Both the position numbers and the translations under genes were made by a program. Shown one piece after another: positions 31,828 to 41,260 of a stretch of DNA of 64,000 nucleotides. Each line of letters opens with the position of its first letter. Within the stretch, counting starts at the first letter, position 1. Source of the DNA: Cytophagaceae bacterium (GTDB lineage: Bacteria > Bacteroidota > Bacteroidia > Cytophagales > UBA9547); contig JAIYAU010000022.1 of the NCBI GenBank assembly GCA_027488865.1, forward strand, positions 3,969 through 67,968, in the 5' to 3' direction. The notes under the pieces are model-generated. The model did no database searches. It was not told where the DNA came from and saw nothing but the letters and a program-made list of their open reading frames with translations.

Positions 31828-32451
31828 TTACTTTTGTAATAAAACGTATGAGTTATTTGAACCTGGAAGAGAACCACTAATTATAAGTAAGTTTTTTTCC
31901 GGTATTAGTTTCAACACCTTAAGATTTTGAATCTTTACCCTATCGCTTCCCATACGGCCGGCCATTCTTAAACCTTTAAATACACGCGAAGGAAATGAAC
32001 AAGATCCTATAGAACCTGGGTGACGTTGTCTATTGTGCTGACCATGCGTCTGCATCCCTACACCACCGAAATTATATCTTTTTACAACACCTTGAAAGCC
32101 TTTTCCTTTAGAGGTACCAACAGCGTTTACTATATCTCCTTCTGAAAAAAGGTCTGTTGCAGTAAGTATTTGACCTAAAACAACCTTTTGAGAAAAATCT
32201 TTGAATTCAACAACTTTTGCCTTTGGGGTAGTATCAGCCTTTTTGAAGTGACCTATTAAGGAATTATTAGTGTTTTTTTCTTTCTTTTCTCCGAAGCCCA
32301 ATTGCACAGCAGTATAACCATCTGTTTCAGTTGTTCTGAGTTGCGTTACCACACATGGTCCCGCTTGAATTAATGTACATGGAATTACTTTGCCATCTTC
32401 TTCATTGTAGATGCTTGTCATTCCTAATTTTTTGCCTATGATACCGGACAT
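31828..32451 (-). CDS. rplC: 50S ribosomal protein L3
   Basis: [15 protein letters not shown]... Confidence 0.98.
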   Translation of the reverse strand: MSGIIGKKLGMTSIYNEEDGKVIPCTLIQAGPCVVTQLRTTETDGYTAVQLGFGEKKEKNTNNSLIGHFKKADTTPKAKVVEFKDFSQKVVLGQILTATDLFSEGDIVNAVGTSKGKGFQGVVKRYNFGGVGMQTHGQHNRQRHPGSIGSCSFPSRVFKGLRMAGRMGSDRVKIQNLKVLKLIPEKNLLIISGSLPGSNNSYVLLQK

Positions 32452-32514
32452 TTTACTAAATGTTTAAAACCAGCTAATTACGATGCGTTAATACGCTTTT
32501 CGCGAAACGGATTG

Positions 32515-32545
32515 CAAAGATATGGAAAAATATATTGTCTGCAAA
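32515..32545 (-). promoter_or_regulatory. Candidate Bacteroidota sigma-A promoter for the rplC operon (-33 TTTG, 19-nt spacer, -7 TATCTTTG)
   Basis: The minus strand reads TTTG (32545-32542) and TATCTTTG (32522-32515). This matches the published TTTG/TAnnTTTG consensus and sits about 60 nt upstream of the rplC ATG. Confidence 0.55.
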
Positions 32546-32657
32546 TTTTAATTAAAAAATAGTTTAATATTTTTAGATGTTGGTTTCTACTTGTGTCTAT
32601 AGAGCTACTTTTGAGACTTTATTGGAAATGTAAATAGGTGGATGCAACTATTTAAAG

Positions 32658-34586
32658 TCACTTAATATTTCCTAAATAAATAGATTCGTTTCCAGCATTA
32701 TCTTTTACCACAAACTTTAATTCACCCTTGAAAGGTATTGAATTATCAAGTTTTTCTGAGAAAAAATAATTTCTTTTGTAATCATAATGCAGTAAAACCC
32801 ATTTGCCCTCTACTGTACAATTAAATTCCTTTATACCGGAAGGATAGTCATACGCCTTAAATTGAAGTGAATGTTTATTTTTCTTTACACATTTAATAAC
32901 TGGCTTTGTTAAATCAGTAGCAATAGTAAACTTACCTGGATATTTGGATTTAAAATATAAATCATTTCCTTTCCAAATACCTCCTGCATATTTTATTGTT
33001 TTTCTTCCTAAATATGTATAAGCAGAGGAGTGTTCTTTATCGTTTATTTCGAATGGTGGCTTTAAAGTGATATCAATCTCAGATTGCAATGGGAGTAGAA
33101 AGTCGTTGATTTCATAATCTAAGTCTTTTTGATAAATTTTGAGGAACAGTGTATCAAACAAAGATTTTGCTGAAAAATTTATATCCAATAACTTGCTTTC
33201 ATATTTGACCTCCTTTTGACAAGGAATAAGTGCATTAAACCAAAAATCTTGAACAAAATCACAGACCTTGATTGAATCTGGTAATGATTTGGTCAGATCC
33301 CAAAGATAGACTGTTGTAAAATCGTTTAAAACATAAGCAGGGTGAACTGTGTTCGATTTTCCTTTTGAGAAGACTTCAGCTAGAATATTTACATTAGGAG
33401 CTTTATCAACAAAATCAATTTTTAGAGTATTTTCAAATATTTGAGTACTGAATTTGTTCTTTGGTTTAGTTATTCTTTTTAAATTAAATTTGTTAGAAAC
33501 ACTAACTTGATCTGGCTTCTTTGGCTCTCCAAAGATGTTAAAAGTCAATGTTGAATTATTCCCATAGGCATCTGCTACCTTTGCTATTATTTCATGTTTT
33601 AAGTTATCATTTATAATTATACTGCCATTGCCGATGTTATTGTAGGATTTTATATTGTTGCCATCAACAACATAACATTTTTGAAACCAATTTCCCTTTT
33701 TTTTAAGTGTTTCATAATCTATCATGCGATTGATACACGGGGTTTCTTCGTGTTCAAATTTTTCCAATGCAAAATCGAAAATCATTTTGTTGTTTTGTTT
33801 AACACTGATGTAATTGACCCCTTGTAAATTCGTTGGCCCATCCATTAGATCATAAGTAACAATTTCTAGGCCTATTTCACCAATCGCATGTATTACTTCC
33901 TCAGAAACATATCTATTCTTTAGCCTTTTTAGTTTAAATTCAAACCGACCAAATTGGCCATTAATGCGACTATTTGGTGACAACGTTCTTAATGCCAATC
34001 TAGTTATAATAGGTGGTTTTGTATCTTTTATTTCACCAAAATTAAATTGAAGCGGATTAAGATATCTACCTTTTTCATCCCTAATTTCAAAATGTAGATG
34101 AGGGCCTCCTGAAGAACCTGTATTTCCCGAGTAAGCTAAAATATCTCCTTTTTTATAATAAAATTGATTTTCGCTAGGATAAAGCTCAATTTCAAAGGTT
34201 TGTTCGGCATACTGCTGTTGTTTTATCCATTCCCATAGAACGGGCTCTGTCTGTTTTAGGTGGGCATATACAGTGCTGTGTCCGTTAGAATGTTTCATGT
34301 AAGCTACGTAGCCATAACCCTTAGTGGAAATAACCACCTTATATACATAACCGTCAGCGCTGGCATATACAGGTAAACCTTCTTTAAAATCAGTTTTGAT
34401 GTCTATTCCAGCATGAAAATGATTTGGTCGCAGTTCTCCCATGGTCCCGGTCAGATAATTTTGTTTTAATGGCTTAATAGGAAACATGTAATAATCATTT
34501 TGAGAAAAGCCATTAATCGCTGTAAAAACGATAAAAACTCCTGTTAAACTATACCTCACGAATAACCTGACTACCAATTGCATCAT
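32658..34586 (-). CDS. M23 family metallopeptidase (LytM/lysostaphin-type) with long C-terminal beta-rich extension
   Basis: 642 aa. HFHAGIDI (HxxxD) and GGPHLHFEIR (HxH) motifs. Confidence 0.88.
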   Translation of the reverse strand: MMQLVVRLFVRYSLTGVFIVFTAINGFSQNDYYMFPIKPLKQNYLTGTMGELRPNHFHAGIDIKTDFKEGLPVYASADGYVYKVVISTKGYGYVAYMKHSNGHSTVYAHLKQTEPVLWEWIKQQQYAEQTFEIELYPSENQFYYKKGDILAYSGNTGSSGGPHLHFEIRDEKGRYLNPLQFNFGEIKDTKPPIITRLALRTLSPNSRINGQFGRFEFKLKRLKNRYVSEEVIHAIGEIGLEIVTYDLMDGPTNLQGVNYISVKQNNKMIFDFALEKFEHEETPCINRMIDYETLKKKGNWFQKCYVVDGNNIKSYNNIGNGSIIINDNLKHEIIAKVADAYGNNSTLTFNIFGEPKKPDQVSVSNKFNLKRITKPKNKFSTQIFENTLKIDFVDKAPNVNILAEVFSKGKSNTVHPAYVLNDFTTVYLWDLTKSLPDSIKVCDFVQDFWFNALIPCQKEVKYESKLLDINFSAKSLFDTLFLKIYQKDLDYEINDFLLPLQSEIDITLKPPFEINDKEHSSAYTYLGRKTIKYAGGIWKGNDLYFKSKYPGKFTIATDLTKPVIKCVKKNKHSLQFKAYDYPSGIKEFNCTVEGKWVLLHYDYKRNYFFSEKLDNSIPFKGELKFVVKDNAGNESIYLGNIK

Positions 34587-34609
34587 TAACTTATACCAAA
34601 TGTTAAATA

Positions 34610-35221
34610 TTATTTTATCTCCATATTTATGAATCGTGTACCTTCTAAATACACTTCTAATTGATCACCAATGGATATAGATCCTACTCCCACAGGTGTA
34701 CCTGTGAATATGAGATCTCCTTTTTTTAAAGTAAAAAATGAGGATAAATAAGAAATAATTTGCCAAAAATTGAAAATCATATCTTTGCTACAGCCTTTTT
34801 GCTTAACAATTTGGTTTTGACTTAAGTAAAAAGAGATGTTATTGATATCTGGCAAAGAAGATAGAGGAACAAATTCAGAAACTGGCGCTGCTCCATTAAA
34901 GCCTTTGGCAATATCCCACGGCATGCCTTTTGATTTCAATTGCGTTTGTAAATCTCTCGCTGTAAAGTCTATTCCTACACCAATTTCCTCAACATATTTG
35001 TAGGCAAACTTAGAATCAATATACTTGCCCTCTTTAGCAATTTTTAAGACCAATTCAGCTTCAAAATGAATATCGTTACTGAAACTTGGGTAATAGAAAG
35101 GTGCATCTCCTTTTAACAGTGCGGTATCCGGTTTAGTAAATACTACGGGTTCTAATGGAACTGTCCCCCCAAATTCTTTAATATGATCGTGATAATTAAG
35201 TCCTATCCCAAATATTTTCAT
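34610..35221 (-). CDS. Fumarylacetoacetate hydrolase (FAH) family protein
   Basis: 203 aa. ...NYHDHIKE...EAELV...GDLIFTGTPVGVG matches the FAH fold pattern. Confidence 0.85.
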   Translation of the reverse strand: MKIFGIGLNYHDHIKEFGGTVPLEPVVFTKPDTALLKGDAPFYYPSFSNDIHFEAELVLKIAKEGKYIDSKFAYKYVEEIGVGIDFTARDLQTQLKSKGMPWDIAKGFNGAAPVSEFVPLSSLPDINNISFYLSQNQIVKQKGCSKDMIFNFWQIISYLSSFFTLKKGDLIFTGTPVGVGSISIGDQLEVYLEGTRFINMEIK

Positions 35222-35253
35222 GTTCGTTAAGTTTTAAGGAGGCAAAAAAGAAA

Positions 35254-35862
35254 TTATTGGAGTAAAATAACCTGATTACAGAAATCGTATTCGTTTTTAT
35301 CATTAGAGCAGATAACCAACAAATGTTTTTGATTTTTATTTATATTATTAATTTCTTCCAGATACCACGCTATGGTTGCATCATCTAGATTGGTGGTAGG
35401 CTCATCAAAAAACATAGCTTGAGAGTGAAAATAAAAACAAAGTCCAAGTTTAAGTCTTTGTTTCATACCTGAAGAGAAAAACTTAATTTGTTTTGTTGTA
35501 TCCAATTCGAATTTTGTTTTTTTCATAAACTCCGATTTGCTCACTATAGGTTGTTTAAATTTAGCATGAAATTCCCATAATTCGGAGAGGGTAAAATCCT
35601 CTATTAATTCTAAATAAGGGGTTGTAACACTTATGTATTTATATACCTGATTTAGATCTACCACTTGATTATTTAAAGAGTATTCAATTTTCCCGATTGT
35701 CGGAGGAAAAAAACCTATTAATAATTGAAGTAATGTAGATTTTCCAGAGCCATTAGCTCCTGTAATAGCATATGAATTTGTAGAAGAGAGTTGAAATTGA
35801 AGATTTTGAAATAACCATCTTTTCATAAAACGTATTCCAAGCGCTTCCGCAGTGATTATCAT
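35254..35862 (-). CDS. ABC transporter ATP-binding protein (stand-alone NBD)
   Basis: 202 aa. Walker A GANGSGKST, signature FSSGMKQRL, Walker B MFFDEPT. Confidence 0.85.
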   Translation of the reverse strand: MIITAEALGIRFMKRWLFQNLQFQLSSTNSYAITGANGSGKSTLLQLLIGFFPPTIGKIEYSLNNQVVDLNQVYKYISVTTPYLELIEDFTLSELWEFHAKFKQPIVSKSEFMKKTKFELDTTKQIKFFSSGMKQRLKLGLCFYFHSQAMFFDEPTTNLDDATIAWYLEEINNINKNQKHLLVICSNDKNEYDFCNQVILLQ

Positions 35863-35987
35863 AAAGCAAAATTGGAAATTTCTATTGAGTTAAGAAAGAT
35901 TATTGAGAATTAATCTAGCTGTACAACTCAAAAAATTACAATTACTATGATTTATTAAAACTACGAAATCAAAAAAAATAATATTTC

Positions 35988-36018
35988 TTGACAAAGCCCG
36001 TTATTTAAGCTAAATTTG
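35988..36018 (+). promoter_or_regulatory. Candidate sigma-A promoter for bamD (-33 TTG, 20-nt spacer, -7 TAAATTTG)
   Basis: TTG at 35988-35990 and TAAATTTG at 36011-36018. The ATG is at 36026. Confidence 0.5.
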
Positions 36019-36025
36019 CAAGCTT

Positions 36026-36835
36026 ATGTCAAAAGGAACTCCCTATATTATACTTTTTTTACTTTTAGTCATATACTCTTGTAGTAAATTCAACCGTGCT
36101 CAAAAAAGTAATGATATTGAGTACAAATATAAAACAGCTGCTGAATTTTATGAAAAAAAAGATTACTACAGGGCAGGTGTTTTGTTTGAAGAACTAATTC
36201 CTCTCATTAGAGGTACCGAGCAAGCAGAAAAGACCCAATTATCTTATGCCTATTGCCAATATTATCAGGGTCAATTGACAATGAGTTCTTATTATTTCAA
36301 AAAATTTTCGGAGACATTCCCTAGAAGTGAGTTTGCAGAAGAAGCATTTTTCATGCATTGTAAATCGTTGTATCTAGATTCTCCAGGCTCAACTTTAGAT
36401 CAAACAAATACCTTCGAGGCATTGTCATCATTGCAATCATTTTTTAACAAATACCCAAAATCTAAGTATTTAGAGGAATGTAACAACATGGTAGACCAAG
36501 GTAGGAGAAAGCTTGAAACAAAGGCCTTTGACAATGCAAGACTTTTTCATAAAATTGGCGATTTTAAAGCAGCAGTGGTTTGTTATAATAATTTTAAAAG
36601 AGATTATCCTGATTCCAACTTAAATGAGGAGGCTTCGTTTTATAAAATTCAAGCACAATACAGTTTGTCCAAAATAAGTGTAGAAACTAAAAAGAAAGAA
36701 AGGTTTCAAGAAACAATGAGCTTTTACGAATATTTTATTGATACCTATCCCAAAAGTAAATTTCTAAGGCAAGCTGAAATGATATATTCCAATTGCCAAG
36801 AGCAAGTAAATCTGTTGAACAAAAGCAAACTTTAA
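36026..36835 (+). CDS. bamD: Outer membrane protein assembly factor BamD
   Basis: 269 aa. Lipoprotein signal (…VIYSC-S) and TPR-like repeats. Synteny with rpoZ-coaBC is conserved in Bacteroidota. Confidence 0.85.
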   Translation: MSKGTPYIILFLLLVIYSCSKFNRAQKSNDIEYKYKTAAEFYEKKDYYRAGVLFEELIPLIRGTEQAEKTQLSYAYCQYYQGQLTMSSYYFKKFSETFPRSEFAEEAFFMHCKSLYLDSPGSTLDQTNTFEALSSLQSFFNKYPKSKYLEECNNMVDQGRRKLETKAFDNARLFHKIGDFKAAVVCYNNFKRDYPDSNLNEEASFYKIQAQYSLSKISVETKKKERFQETMSFYEYFIDTYPKSKFLRQAEMIYSNCQEQVNLLNKSKL

Positions 36836-36841
36836 TAAATC

Positions 36842-37171
36842 ATGAGTAAAAAAGTTCCAAATAACAGTACTGTATCTCCGTCAATCATAACACGTGATGT
36901 GGTAAAACTAGAAGAAGGTACAAATAATTTGTATGAGTCGATATCAATTATTGGAAAAAGATCAAAACAAATTTCTACTAAAACTAAAGAAGAACTTAAT
37001 GGTAAGCTATCAGAATTCGCTTCTTCAGTTGACAATCTAGAGGAAATATTCGAAAATAGAGAGCAAATTGAGATATCAAAGTTTTACGAAAGGATGCCAA
37101 AACCTTCAACCTTGGCTATTGAAGAATATTTGGAAAAAAAGGTGATGTTTCGCAAGCCAACAAATGGATAG
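36842..37171 (+). CDS. rpoZ: DNA-directed RNA polymerase subunit omega
   Basis: 109 aa. NLYESISIIGKRSKQI... matches the Bacteroidota omega pattern, and the position is bamD-rpoZ-coaBC. Confidence 0.8.
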   Translation: MSKKVPNNSTVSPSIITRDVVKLEEGTNNLYESISIIGKRSKQISTKTKEELNGKLSEFASSVDNLEEIFENREQIEISKFYERMPKPSTLAIEEYLEKKVMFRKPTNG

Positions 37172-37177
37172 TTAATC

Positions 37178-37210
37178 AAAAGCCGCTAATAACTCAGCGG
37201 CTTTTTTGTT
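37178..37210 (+). terminator. Rho-independent terminator or attenuator after rpoZ
   Basis: AAAGCCGCT-aataactc-AGCGGCTTT followed by TTTTGTTTTT. Confidence 0.75.
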
Positions 37211-37241
37211 TTTATTTTTTCAATTCAAAGCTATTTCCTTC

Positions 37242-38444
37242 ATGTTAGAAATATTAAAAGGGAAAAAAATTCTTTTAGGAGTAGCAGGTAGTATTGCTGC
37301 ATATAAAGCGGCGTTAATTATCCGAGAGTACAAAAAACTTGGTGCTTTGGTTAAAGTTATAATGACGGATGATGCCAAAGAATTTATTACTCCGTTAACT
37401 TTATCCACGTTATCAGAGGAACCAGTATATTCAACTTTTATCAAAAATGAACAAGGTATTTGGAATAGCCATATAGAACTTGGCTTATGGGCAGACCTGT
37501 TTATTATTGCACCTGCTACCGCTAACACAATAGCCAAAATGGCGCATGGCATTAGTGATAATCTCATGATTACCACCTATTTGTCTGCAAGATGTCCTAC
37601 ATTTATTTGTCCGGCTATGGATTTGGACATGTATGAACACCCTTCTGTAGCAAACAATATTACTTTATTAAAATCCTATGGTAATTACATAATTGATGCC
37701 GAATACGGTGAACTAGCCAGTGGATTAATAGGACATGGCCGATTGGCTGAACCAGAAACAATCGTATTCAAAACAGCTCAATATTTTTTAAAAAATCCTA
37801 AATGGGTAGGTAAAAAAGTACTTGTTACGGCAGGTCCTACTAGAGAAGCAATTGATCCAGTTCGGTATATTTCAAATCATTCTACTGGCAAAATGGGTTA
37901 TGCCATAGCTGAATATGCAGCTGCTCTTGGTGCTCAGGTAACATTGGTAAGTGGCCCTACAAATATTCCGATAAAAAATCTGAATGTTTCACTGTTGTCC
38001 GTTAATTCCGCAGCTGAAATGTATCAACAAACTATGAAACACACCTCGGATGCTGATGTTATAATACTATCAGCGGCCGTTGCTGACTATACCCCAAAGC
38101 ACGTAAGTGAAACGAAAATCAAGAAAAAGGAGGCGGAATTTTCAATAGAACTTACGAAAACGATAGATATAGCGTATGAAATAGGTCAACAAAAACAGAC
38201 TCATCAGAAAATAGTTGGATTTGCCTTAGAAACAAATAATGAAATTGAAAATGCACATAGAAAATTGATTTCTAAAAACTTTGATTTAATTGTTCTAAAT
38301 TCTTTACAAGATAAAGGGGCTGGATTTGGCTATGACACTAATAAAATTACACTTATTGATAGAAATAATAAACAATATGAATATCCATTAAAAACTAAAA
38401 AGGAAGCGGCAAAGGATATTTTGGATGTTTTAATAAATTTGTAA
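37242..38444 (+). CDS. coaBC: Bifunctional phosphopantothenoylcysteine decarboxylase / phosphopantothenate-cysteine ligase
   Basis: The ORF track starts at 37206 inside the terminator, so I prefer ATG 37242 (MLEILKGKKILLGVAGSIAAYK...). The CoaB half has the ISNHSTGKMG motif. Confidence 0.92.
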   Translation: MLEILKGKKILLGVAGSIAAYKAALIIREYKKLGALVKVIMTDDAKEFITPLTLSTLSEEPVYSTFIKNEQGIWNSHIELGLWADLFIIAPATANTIAKMAHGISDNLMITTYLSARCPTFICPAMDLDMYEHPSVANNITLLKSYGNYIIDAEYGELASGLIGHGRLAEPETIVFKTAQYFLKNPKWVGKKVLVTAGPTREAIDPVRYISNHSTGKMGYAIAEYAAALGAQVTLVSGPTNIPIKNLNVSLLSVNSAAEMYQQTMKHTSDADVIILSAAVADYTPKHVSETKIKKKEAEFSIELTKTIDIAYEIGQQKQTHQKIVGFALETNNEIENAHRKLISKNFDLIVLNSLQDKGAGFGYDTNKITLIDRNNKQYEYPLKTKKEAAKDILDVLINL

Positions 38445-38445
38445 G

Positions 38446-39360
38446 ATGAAAAATTTATTATATTTATTACTTTACTTTATTGCTTTCATTAAATGTTTTG
38501 GACAAGAAATAAAGGGAACAGTTATCATTTCGACAGATCAACTTGGAAGCACAGGCAATAACACTTATGTAGATAAGTCAATTATTAATGATATGCAGTC
38601 CTCTTTAGCTAGTTTTCTTAACAATAATAAATGGACTACACAAACCTTTCAGACTGGTGAAAAAATAAATTTAACACTACAAATTAATCTTACCGAAGCA
38701 ATTTCATTAACACGTTACAGAGCCACAGTTCAAATATTAGCCTCTAGACCGGTATATGGTGTTTCATATGAAACGGTGTGTTTTAGTTTTATTGACAAAG
38801 ATTGGGAATTTGAATATATCATTGGTCAGCCTATAATTTATAGTGAAAATGCCTATACTAATAATTTAACCTCATTATTATCATTTTATGTATACATGGC
38901 GCTTGGATATGACTTTGATAGCTTTTCCAAAAATGGCGGAACAGCATTACTTGACAAAGCATTTCAAATTGGGAATAATGCACAAAGTGCCAATGATAAG
39001 GGTTGGAAAAGTGGTGATGGACCTAACTCAAGGTATTTTTTAACAGAAAATCTTCAAAACCCTCAGTTAGCTCCATTTAGGGAAGGTATGTACAAGTATC
39101 ATCGTGAAGGACTTGATATAATGGCTACTGATCCAGAAGGAGCAAGAAAAAAAATAGTTGAAGTATTAGAGGCTCTTCAAAAAATGAATCAAGTAAAAGT
39201 GTCTACACTGGTGATGCGAAATTTTTTCAACAATAAGGACAATGAACTTGTCGGAATTTTTTCACAGGCAAATCCAGAACAAAAACAGAAAGTTTATGAT
39301 ATTTTGCGTGAACTAGACCCAACTAATTCAGATAAGTATCAAAAAATATTTAAAAATTAG
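38446..39360 (+). CDS. DUF4835 family protein
   Basis: 304 aa with a signal peptide. Conserved partner downstream of coaBC in Bacteroidota (from recall). Confidence 0.7.
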   Translation: MKNLLYLLLYFIAFIKCFGQEIKGTVIISTDQLGSTGNNTYVDKSIINDMQSSLASFLNNNKWTTQTFQTGEKINLTLQINLTEAISLTRYRATVQILASRPVYGVSYETVCFSFIDKDWEFEYIIGQPIIYSENAYTNNLTSLLSFYVYMALGYDFDSFSKNGGTALLDKAFQIGNNAQSANDKGWKSGDGPNSRYFLTENLQNPQLAPFREGMYKYHREGLDIMATDPEGARKKIVEVLEALQKMNQVKVSTLVMRNFFNNKDNELVGIFSQANPEQKQKVYDILRELDPTNSDKYQKIFKN

Positions 39361-39369
39361 TAAAAATGA

Positions 39370-39406
39370 AAATTAGGATTTGCATGTAAGTTTCAAATCC
39401 TAATTT
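39370..39406. terminator. Bidirectional terminator hairpin between DUF4835 (+) and cysN (-)
   Basis: Perfect 13-bp inverted repeat AAATTAGGATTTG / CAAATCCTAATTT with an 11-nt loop. T-rich flank on the minus strand (…TTTTCATTTTTA). Confidence 0.75.
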
Positions 39407-39411
39407 AACAC

Positions 39412-40704
39412 TCATATAATCATTCCAGCACCAACCGTTTCATTGGTAAATTCATCAATGATAATAACACTTCCTGTAGTTCTATTCTTCTTGTAGCTAT
39501 CAAAAAATAGAGGCAAAGTAGTTCTGATCAAGATTCTTCCTATGTCATTAAGACCAATTGACTTATCCTCCTCGTTTTTATGCAGTGTATTAATATCCAC
39601 TTTGTAACGAACCTCTTTAATCATGCATCTTACCTCTTTGGTGGTATGTTTAATAACATACTTTCCATTAGGAATCATTTTTTTCTCATTTAACCAACAT
39701 ACCATCAACTCGATATCCTGGCTAATTTCAGGCTGATTATTGGCTTTAACCAACATATCACCCCTACTAATATCTATATTATCTTCCAAAGTTAGTGTTA
39801 CTGACATTGGAGGAAATGCCTCGTTTAACTGTTCACCAAAAAAATCTATAGACTTAATTTTTGAAGAAAATCCAGAAGGCAAGGCAATTACTTCATCACC
39901 TGGTTTAAAGATACCAGCTTCAACTTTTCCAGCAAAACCGCGATAATCATGAAATTCATCATTCATGGGTCTTACCACGTATTGAACAGGAAACCTTGCG
40001 TCGATAAGATTATGGTCACTAGCAATGTGTACGTTTTCAAGAGTATAAAGAAGTGTTGCCCCTTTATACCAATCCATATTATCAGATTTATCTACCACAT
40101 TATCGCCATTTAAGGCTGAGATTGGAATGTAGTGTATATCTGGAACTTCTAATTTTGTAGAAAATCCTTCAAAATCCTTTTTTATTGTTTCAAATACCTC
40201 TTGACTGTAATTAACTAAGTCCATTTTGTTAATACAAACAACTAAATGCTTGATTTGAAGCAAAGAAGCTATAAAAGCATGTCTTCTTGATTGTTCAACT
40301 ACGCCATGTCTAGCATCTATCAATATAATAGTTAAGTTGGCAGTAGAGGCACCTGTAACCATATTACGCGTATATTGAATATGACCAGGAGTATCTGCTA
40401 TAATAAATTTGCGCTTAGGTGTCGCAAAATAGCGGTAAGCCACATCAATAGTGATCCCTTGTTCACGTTCTGCACGAAGGCCATCCGTGAGTAGAGCAAG
40501 ATTCACATATCCATACCCTTTATTTTCACTGGTTTTCTCAATCGCCTCTAATTGATCTGCAAAAATCGATTTAGAGTCATACAACAATCTCCCAATCAAT
40601 GTACTTTTGCCGTCATCTACACTACCTGCCGTAGTAAAACGGAGCAAGTCCATATTGAGATAGTTTTCAGTGATGAATCTTTCTTCTTCTAATATTGTGC
40701 TCAT
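39412..40704 (-). CDS. cysN: Sulfate adenylyltransferase subunit 1 (GTPase subunit)
   Basis: 430 aa. G1 is GSVDDGKST, then DTPGH and NKMD. No fused APS kinase domain. Confidence 0.95.
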   Translation of the reverse strand: MSTILEEERFITENYLNMDLLRFTTAGSVDDGKSTLIGRLLYDSKSIFADQLEAIEKTSENKGYGYVNLALLTDGLRAEREQGITIDVAYRYFATPKRKFIIADTPGHIQYTRNMVTGASTANLTIILIDARHGVVEQSRRHAFIASLLQIKHLVVCINKMDLVNYSQEVFETIKKDFEGFSTKLEVPDIHYIPISALNGDNVVDKSDNMDWYKGATLLYTLENVHIASDHNLIDARFPVQYVVRPMNDEFHDYRGFAGKVEAGIFKPGDEVIALPSGFSSKIKSIDFFGEQLNEAFPPMSVTLTLEDNIDISRGDMLVKANNQPEISQDIELMVCWLNEKKMIPNGKYVIKHTTKEVRCMIKEVRYKVDINTLHKNEEDKSIGLNDIGRILIRTTLPLFFDSYKKNRTTGSVIIIDEFTNETVGAGMII

Positions 40705-41258
40705 TATTTTAAAAATTCTTTACAAATTGAATCTAAATTATGTATTCCTTCACAGGGATAAGGATAAAATTTTTCCTCTTTAGTTTTCTTGGCATTTGTC
40801 ATACCTCGCTGTAAATTAAAATACTCATTATATTTAGAACTAAACAGCACCTTTACTGTTTTTGGCTTATATTCTGAAGAATAAAATCGGTTGATGGATT
40901 TTGTCAAAAACCAAGCAAAAGCCTCACCCGCCTTTAACTGATTTAAATTATTACTTGGAGATTTAGATTTTAAATTAGCAACTATGACAAAATCGACATC
41001 TTTAGAATAAAATATCAAATAATCACACATCGCTTCCAAATCTTTATTTCCTTTTGTTTCAAAATAAGGAAAAATTGATCGTCCATTATTTTCATCAAAT
41101 TTAAAACAAGCAATTGAACAAGTACTATCAAATTCCAAATTAACTTCTTTACAGGTAGCAGTTAAAGCTTCCTCCCTCAATTTTAATTGGCCTTTGGATG
41201 TTACACCATGGTGAAACTCCTCTTTAATTATTTTTTTAACATCTTCGGATAATGCCAT
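40704..41258 (-). CDS. Hypothetical 184-aa protein, partner of the ATPase (possible degenerate PD-(D/E)xK-like nuclease fold; speculative)
   Basis: The ORF sits 2 nt after the ATPase stop. Its TAA overlaps the cysN ATG (TAATG). No family recognised. A D79-x15-N95-L-K97 arrangement lies on two predicted beta strands (CDYLIFY ... FVIVANLKS). Confidence 0.6.
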   Translation of the reverse strand: MALSEDVKKIIKEEFHHGVTSKGQLKLREEALTATCKEVNLEFDSTCSIACFKFDENNGRSIFPYFETKGNKDLEAMCDYLIFYSKDVDFVIVANLKSKSPSNNLNQLKAGEAFAWFLTKSINRFYSSEYKPKTVKVLFSSKYNEYFNLQRGMTNAKKTKEEKFYPYPCEGIHNLDSICKEFLK

Positions 41259-41260
41259 TA

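Noticed and set aside
31827-31877. N-terminal 17-aa extension of L4 in the ORF track. There are analogous extensions for nuoD (52071-52169), coaBC (37206-37241) and the GT4 gene (7010-7018).
   Set aside because: The extensions overlap the upstream gene or a terminator hairpin, and internal ATGs give canonical N-termini. I treated them as longest-ORF artefacts.
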